DNA from: Gaiellaceae bacterium
GTDB lineage: Bacteria; Actinomycetota; Thermoleophilia; Gaiellales; Gaiellaceae
Reading direction: 5' to 3'
Length of the DNA stretch: 64,000 bases
NCBI GenBank assembly: GCA_049591255.1
Contig: JBAWEP010000071.1
Coordinates: 7,786 to 71,785 of the forward strand
The position numbers and the translations under genes are program-made. This document shows positions 59,461-64,000 of the stretch, piece by piece. Numbering within the stretch: position 1 is the stretch's first letter; the number at the start of each line of letters is the position of its first letter. The notes beneath the pieces are model-generated. The model was not told the origin of the DNA and did not search any database. It worked only from the letters and a program-made list of their open reading frames with translations.

Positions 59461-62400
59461 TCAGGATCTCTTCGCGTGACGGCGCTCGCGGGGAAGCTCG
59501 ACCGTGAAGATCGATCCACTACCTTCGGCGGAGTCGACCGCGATCGCGCCGCCCATGCGCTCGACCAGCTCGCGGCAGATGAAGAGGCCCAGCCCACTTC
59601 CGCCAACGCCCTTCGTCTGGTCCGGATCGAGGCGGTAGAAGCGATCGAAGATCCTCTCCCGCTCGGCGGCGGGGATGCCGGGGCCCTGGTCGGAGACGGT
59701 AAAGACCACGCTCTGATCGGAAGACGAGATCCCGAGCCTCACGCAGCTGTCTTCGGGCGAGAACTTGATCGCGTTGTCGACCAGGTTGCCGAGCACCTGG
59801 TGCAGGCGATCGGGATCGGCATGGAGAAGCGGCAGCGGCTCGGGCGCGTCCAGAGCGAGCTCGAACCCGGTCGAGAGCCTCGAGCGAGCGGCCGCCATCA
59901 CGTCGGAGGCGACCTCGAGTGGATCGACGATGACGTCGCGCATGCGCAGTTGCGTCGAGCCGGCCTCGTTGGCGACGAGAATCTCGTCGATCAGGCGCCG
60001 CAGGCGCTCGCTCTGACCGACCGCCGCCTTGAGCAGGAGCTCCCTGTCGCTCGACTCCAGACCAGGCCGCTCGAGTGTGCGCAATGCGCCGTAAACGCTG
60101 GCGAGGGGGGTACGCAGCTCATGCGAGACGGTGGCGATGAAGTTGTGCTGTCGCCGCTCGAGCTCGTGCTCGGCGGTAACGTCGTGAAAGGCATAGACAG
60201 CGCCTGCCGGAAGCCGGACGCCCGAGATCGAGAGCCACAGCTCCATGCCGCCGAAGACGAAGGGAAGCGAGCGCCTCGGCACCGGCTCGCCCGGCTCGGC
60301 CGGCTCGAGATCCTTCGAGGCTTCGTTCCAACCCTCGAAGATCTCTTCGGCGCGCTTTCCGAGCGCGTCCGTCGCCAGGACGCCCGTTATCTGCTCGGCG
60401 GCCGGGTTCCAGGTGCTGATCCGCCCATCGCCGTCCAGACGGAAGATGCTGTCGCCGACCCGATCGAGCACGAGCGCCGCCTCCGCCTGCTTGGCGCGCT
60501 CCTGGTGAAGACGGGCTCGCTCGAGCGCCTGGGCACACTGGTCGGCAACGGTGCGAGCGTAGACGCGCTCCACTTCGTCGAAGCTCCGCTCCGTCTCGAA
60601 AGCTCCGGCCAGGAACCCGAATGGTCGCTCCGTTCCCAGCGGGAGGTAGAACGCCGCCGCGACCCCGCGCGCTTCCAGGGCCTCCGAGGCGCGCGGGAAG
60701 CCATCCCTTATCTCGGCAAAGCTTTCGAACCAGTACTCGTCGCCGCTGCGAACGCAGGCCGCGCCAGGAGCGGCCGCGTCCAGCGAGAGCGGCTCGGACG
60801 GCTCCAGAACGCTGCCGGGCTCGAAGTCGTGGGTCAGGCACTCGAGCTCGCGCCCGCCGTCGTCGAGCACGCCGAGCCGCCCGGCCACCGTCCCCAGCGC
60901 CGCGAGCGCGTGCTCGAAGACGACCTCCGCCACCTCCGAGGGCGTCGAGGCGGCCGCCAGGTTGGCGCTGACGCGTTGAAGCGCCTGCGTCCGCGCCAGC
61001 GCTCGCTCCCGCTCCTCGAACAGGCGCGCTCGGACGAGCGCGTGAGCGCACCGCCCGGCCACGCTGCGAGCAAAGGCGCGCTCGTTCTCGTCGAAGCGGT
61101 GCGGCTGATCGATGCGTCCGGCGAAGAAGCCGATCGACTCGCCGCCTCCCGCGACGAGCGGAACGTAGAAGATCGCTTTGCCGCCTGCGTTCCTCTTCAA
61201 CTCTTTCGCGAAGGAATCGTCGGCGGATATCTCTTCGGGCGATTCGATCCAGATCTCCTCGCCGCTGCGAATGCAGAACGAGCCCGGAGACAACGGATCG
61301 TCGATCGCGATCTCGGCGACGTTTTCCTCGGGCCGGGTGAGCTCGATCGCGATTCGCGTCCTGTCGCGACTCACCAGGCCCAGCGCTCCAGTGTCGACGG
61401 CAAGCGCCGAGAACCCCTCGTCGAAGACCGCCCGGAGGACATCCTCCGTCCTCACGGCGCTCGAGAGCGCATTGCTCACGCGCTGAAGCGCCTCGGTTCG
61501 AGCGAGCGACTCGTTCAGATCGTCGTGGAGGGCGGCGCGGGCAAGTGCCTGCGCACACTGCTCGGCGACCGTCTCGAAGAAACTCCGATCGCTTTTGTCG
61601 AATTCGCGCTGCTCGCCAAAGAAGCCCGAGAGAAAGCCAAATGCTCTACCCGTCGTCTCGAGCGGCAGGAAGAACGCGGCCTCGAGGCCGGCCTCTCCGA
61701 CTGCCTCCGCCGGGAAATCTGTGAAAGCGCCCACCAGCTCGGCACTGGTCCGGTGCCAGCTCGGCCTGCTCTCGCGCACGCAGGCCGGCCCCGGCAGATC
61801 CGCTTCGAGCGGGATCAGCTGAAATCGTCCGACGAGCCCTGACTCCCAGCCACCCATCGTCAAGCGCAGATTCTCGCCTTCCTCGTCCAGGATCCCCACC
61901 GAGCCGGCCTTGACGCCCAGCACCGGGAAGACCTCGCTCTCGATCACCTCGCCGACCTGCTCGAGGGTGGTCGCCCGGGTCAGGCCGGCGCTCACGCGTT
62001 GCAGGATCTGCGTTCGCGCCAGCGCACCTTCGCGTTGCTCGTAGAGCCGGGCTCGCGCTACAGCCTGCGAGCACTGCTCGGCGATGGTGCGGGCAAAGGC
62101 TCGGTCGCGCTCCGAGAAAGCATGTTGCTCGCGGAAGCGACCAGCGATGTAGCCGATCGGTGCGCCCTCCTGTCTGAGCGGAAGACAGAAGAAGCTCTCG
62201 TAGCCCGACTCGCGCAGAACCTGCGCCGGCCAGGGATATCGAGCCTCGAGATCCCCGAGAGAGGAGTACCAGAGCTCCTCGCCGTCGCGCACGCAGGCGG
62301 TCTGGGGGATGTCATCATCGATCGACGCGCTGGAATAACGCTCGACTACCTCCTCGGGAAGTCCAAATCTCATCGACTCGATCGTCTTGCCGTCGTCGCC

Positions 62401-64000
62401 GAGCAACCCGAGTGCGCCCGAGTCGGCGCCGAACGCCGACAGGGCCTCGTCGAAGACGACCTGCACGACCTGCTCGGACGTGACCGCGGCGGTGAGGCCC
62501 GCGCTCACGCTTTGCAGGGCCTGCGTGCGATGGAGCGCCTGCTCGCGTTGCTCGTAGAGGCGCGCGCGGGCGATCGCCTGCGAGCACTGCTCGGCGACGG
62601 TGCGGGCGAAGGCACGATCGCCCTCGGAAAACTCTCTCTGCTCATTGAAGCGCGCAGCCAGGTAACCGATCGTCTCGCTCTCGGCCGTGAGCGGGAGAAA
62701 GACGATGGATTCGAACCCGAACTCACTCAGAATCTCGGCAGCCGCCGCGTGCTCGACCCGAACCTCGTCTACGGTCGAGAACCAGAATTCTGACCCGTCG
62801 CGGACGCAGGCGGCTTGCGGCATCTCCTGGTCGTGGATCGACTCGGTGGCGTAGCGCTCCTGGAGCGTCATGGGCACGCCGGTGCGATGCGATTCGATCG
62901 TCTCGCCGTCCTCGCGCAGCAGTCCCAGTGCGCCCGAGTCGGCGTCCAGCGCCGAGAGAGCCTCTTCGAAGACGACCTGGAGCACCTGCTCGGGCGTGGC
63001 CGCGCCGGTCAACGCGGCGCTGACTCGCTGCAGTGCCCCGGTGCGCAACAGCGCCTGTTCGCGCTGCTCGGCGAGGCGAACCCGTTTCAGCGCCTGGGCG
63101 CATTGGCCGGCGACCGAGCGAGCGAAGGCTCGCACGGACTCGTCGAAGCGCCTCGGCTCACAGAAACGGCCGCCGACGATACCGATGACTTCTTCTTCTT
63201 CGGAGCGGAGCGGAAGCGCGAAGACGGCTTCGTGGCCCGTTTCGCCGATGACCGTGGCGGCATCGGGATAATCGGCGAACAGGGCCTCGGAAGATTCGTA
63301 CCAGAGTTCGCTGCCGTCGCGTGCGCAGCTGGGGCTTGGCAAATCGGCATCGAGAGGGATTCGAGCTAGGCGGTTGGCGACATCCTCCGGGTAACCGGCG
63401 AATCGCATCTCGAGCGCTGTCCGATCATCGTTCACGAGCCCGAGCGACGAGGCGTCGGCGCCGATCGCCGAGAGCCCCTGCTCGAAGAAGATGTCCAGCA
63501 CGTCTTCCGGTGTGGCCGCCTGCGCGAGGCTGGCGCTCACCTCCTGTAGCGCTCGCGTGCGCTCAAGCGCTCGCTCGCGCTGCTCGGCAAGGCGCACACG
63601 GGTGAGAGCCTGCGCACATTGCTCGGCGAGTGTCAGGGCGAAGGTGCGCTCCTCCTCGGAGAAATGGTGCGGCTCGCGGTAGCGGGCGCCGAGGTATCCG
63701 AACGCCCCGCCTTCCAGCTCGAACGGCAGGCAGACCAGAGCCTGGGCTCGCGTCTCGACGAGAACGTCGACAACCTCCGGAAAATCGATCCCGCCTTGCT
63801 CGATCGACTCGATCCAGATTGCCCGCCTCTCCCTTATGCAGGTGGCGGCCGGCAGCGGAGAGTCGATCGGATACGTTGCGAGGCGGCTGGCCAGATCATG
63901 CGCGAGACCGACGTACTCGGTCTCGACGCGAAGGCCGTCGTCACTCAGCAAGCCGATCGAGCCGCCGTCGGCGCCGAGAGCCGAGAGCGCCTGGTCGAAG
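59461..64000 (-). CDS. giant soluble sensor histidine kinase: at least 7 tandem GAF-like modules, PAS, HisKA, HATPase_c (5' end outside window)
   Basis: H-box SHELRTPL, N-box LGNLVDNAIKFS, G-boxes DQGPGI and GSGLGL. Six copies of linker ..AEQC(A/S)QAL.R(A/V)RL.EQRE.AL.RT.ALQ.VS.. separate modules of about 172 aa. The ORF-track start at 63951 is an in-frame TTG inside a GAF module, and the frame stays open to nt 64000. Confidence 0.9.
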   Translation of the reverse strand, partial: FDQALSALGADGGSIGLLSDDGLRVETEYVGLAHDLASRLATYPIDSPLPAATCIRERRAIWIESIEQGGIDFPEVVDVLVETRAQALVCLPFELEGGAFGYLGARYREPHHFSEEERTFALTLAEQCAQALTRVRLAEQRERALERTRALQEVSASLAQAATPEDVLDIFFEQGLSAIGADASSLGLVNDDRTALEMRFAGYPEDVANRLARIPLDADLPSPSCARDGSELWYESSEALFADYPDAATVIGETGHEAVFALPLRSEEEEVIGIVGGRFCEPRRFDESVRAFARSVAGQCAQALKRVRLAEQREQALLRTGALQRVSAALTGAATPEQVLQVVFEEALSALDADSGALGLLREDGETIESHRTGVPMTLQERYATESIHDQEMPQAACVRDGSEFWFSTVDEVRVEHAAAAEILSEFGFESIVFLPLTAESETIGYLAARFNEQREFSEGDRAFARTVAEQCSQAIARARLYEQREQALHRTQALQSVSAGLTAAVTSEQVVQVVFDEALSAFGADSGALGLLGDDGKTIESMRFGLPEEVVERYSSASIDDDIPQTACVRDGEELWYSSLGDLEARYPWPAQVLRESGYESFFCLPLRQEGAPIGYIAGRFREQHAFSERDRAFARTIAEQCSQAVARARLYEQREGALARTQILQRVSAGLTRATTLEQVGEVIESEVFPVLGVKAGSVGILDEEGENLRLTMGGWESGLVGRFQLIPLEADLPGPACVRESRPSWHRTSAELVGAFTDFPAEAVGEAGLEAAFFLPLETTGRAFGFLSGFFGEQREFDKSDRSFFETVAEQCAQALARAALHDDLNESLARTEALQRVSNALSSAVRTEDVLRAVFDEGFSALAVDTGALGLVSRDRTRIAIELTRPEENVAEIAIDDPLSPGSFCIRSGEEIWIESPEEISADDSFAKELKRNAGGKAIFYVPLVAGGGESIGFFAGRIDQPHRFDENERAFARSVAGRCAHALVRARLFEERERALARTQALQRVSANLAAASTPSEVAEVVFEHALAALGTVAGRLGVLDDGGRELECLTHDFEPGSVLEPSEPLSLDAAAPGAACVRSGDEYWFESFAEIRDGFPRASEALEARGVAAAFYLPLGTERPFGFLAGAFETERSFDEVERVYARTVADQCAQALERARLHQERAKQAEAALVLDRVGDSIFRLDGDGRISTWNPAAEQITGVLATDALGKRAEEIFEGWNEASKDLEPAEPGEPVPRRSLPFVFGGMELWLSISGVRLPAGAVYAFHDVTAEHELERRQHNFIATVSHELRTPLASVYGALRTLERPGLESSDRELLLKAAVGQSERLRRLIDEILVANEAGSTQLRMRDVIVDPLEVASDVMAAARSRLSTGFELALDAPEPLPLLHADPDRLHQVLGNLVDNAIKFSPEDSCVRLGISSSDQSVVFTVSDQGPGIPAAERERIFDRFYRLDPDQTKGVGGSGLGLFICRELVERMGGAIAVDSAEGSGSIFTVELPRERRHAKRS

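Overview
High-GC bacterial chromosome segment, probably from an actinobacterium-like lineage (inferred only from gene order and protein style). Almost all of it is transcribed on the minus strand.

**23.2-59.3 kb: conserved translation/transcription super-cluster.** Read along the minus strand, it runs rpmG-secE-nusG-rplK-rplA-rplJ-rplL, then a plus-strand GT-C glycosyltransferase inserted between rplL and rpoB. It continues with rpoB-rpoC, rpsL-rpsG-fusA-tuf, the S10 operon, the spc operon, secY-adk-map-infA-rpmJ and the alpha operon (rpsM-rpsK-rpsD-rpoA-rplQ).

**10.8-23.2 kb: accessory block between rplQ and truA.**
- A nitroreductase-PNPOx-VOC-RibD_C redox operon and a ferritin-like gene.
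- Two ECF sigma factors, each coupled to an atypical membrane partner.
- An operon of FAD-oxidoreductase, pterin-4a-carbinolamine dehydratase, SDR and folB-folK-folE.
- A GNAT/NfeD pair.

**0-10 kb: cell-envelope and housekeeping genes.** These are a 3D-domain protein, PBP4, ligA, a HAD phosphatase, a 1490-aa DUF2339-like polytopic protein, a PASTA-like lipoprotein and truA.

**59.5-64 kb:** part of a giant soluble histidine kinase with at least 7 tandem GAF modules. It continues past the window edge.

**Main non-standard signals.**
1. A family of near-identical palindromic hairpins with a TTCCGAATTG box lies in the rplL and nusG 3' regions. It is associated with fossil rplL 3' ends and with long hairpins that hold the stop codon in the loop.
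2. A duplicated promoter-plus-leader module precedes the two redox/pterin operons.
3. A second repeated structured element is present in two inverted copies.
4. A 160-nt highly structured insert sits inside the S10 operon.
5. Several ribosomal proteins carry very long low-complexity extensions: uS17 N-terminus, uS3 C-terminus, and uL22, uL15 and uL5.

No tRNA, rRNA, CRISPR array, transposase or integrase was recognised.

The ORF track uses the longest ORF and prints M at GTG/TTG starts. Many starts were therefore trimmed by hand using homology-style N-termini and start/stop overlaps.
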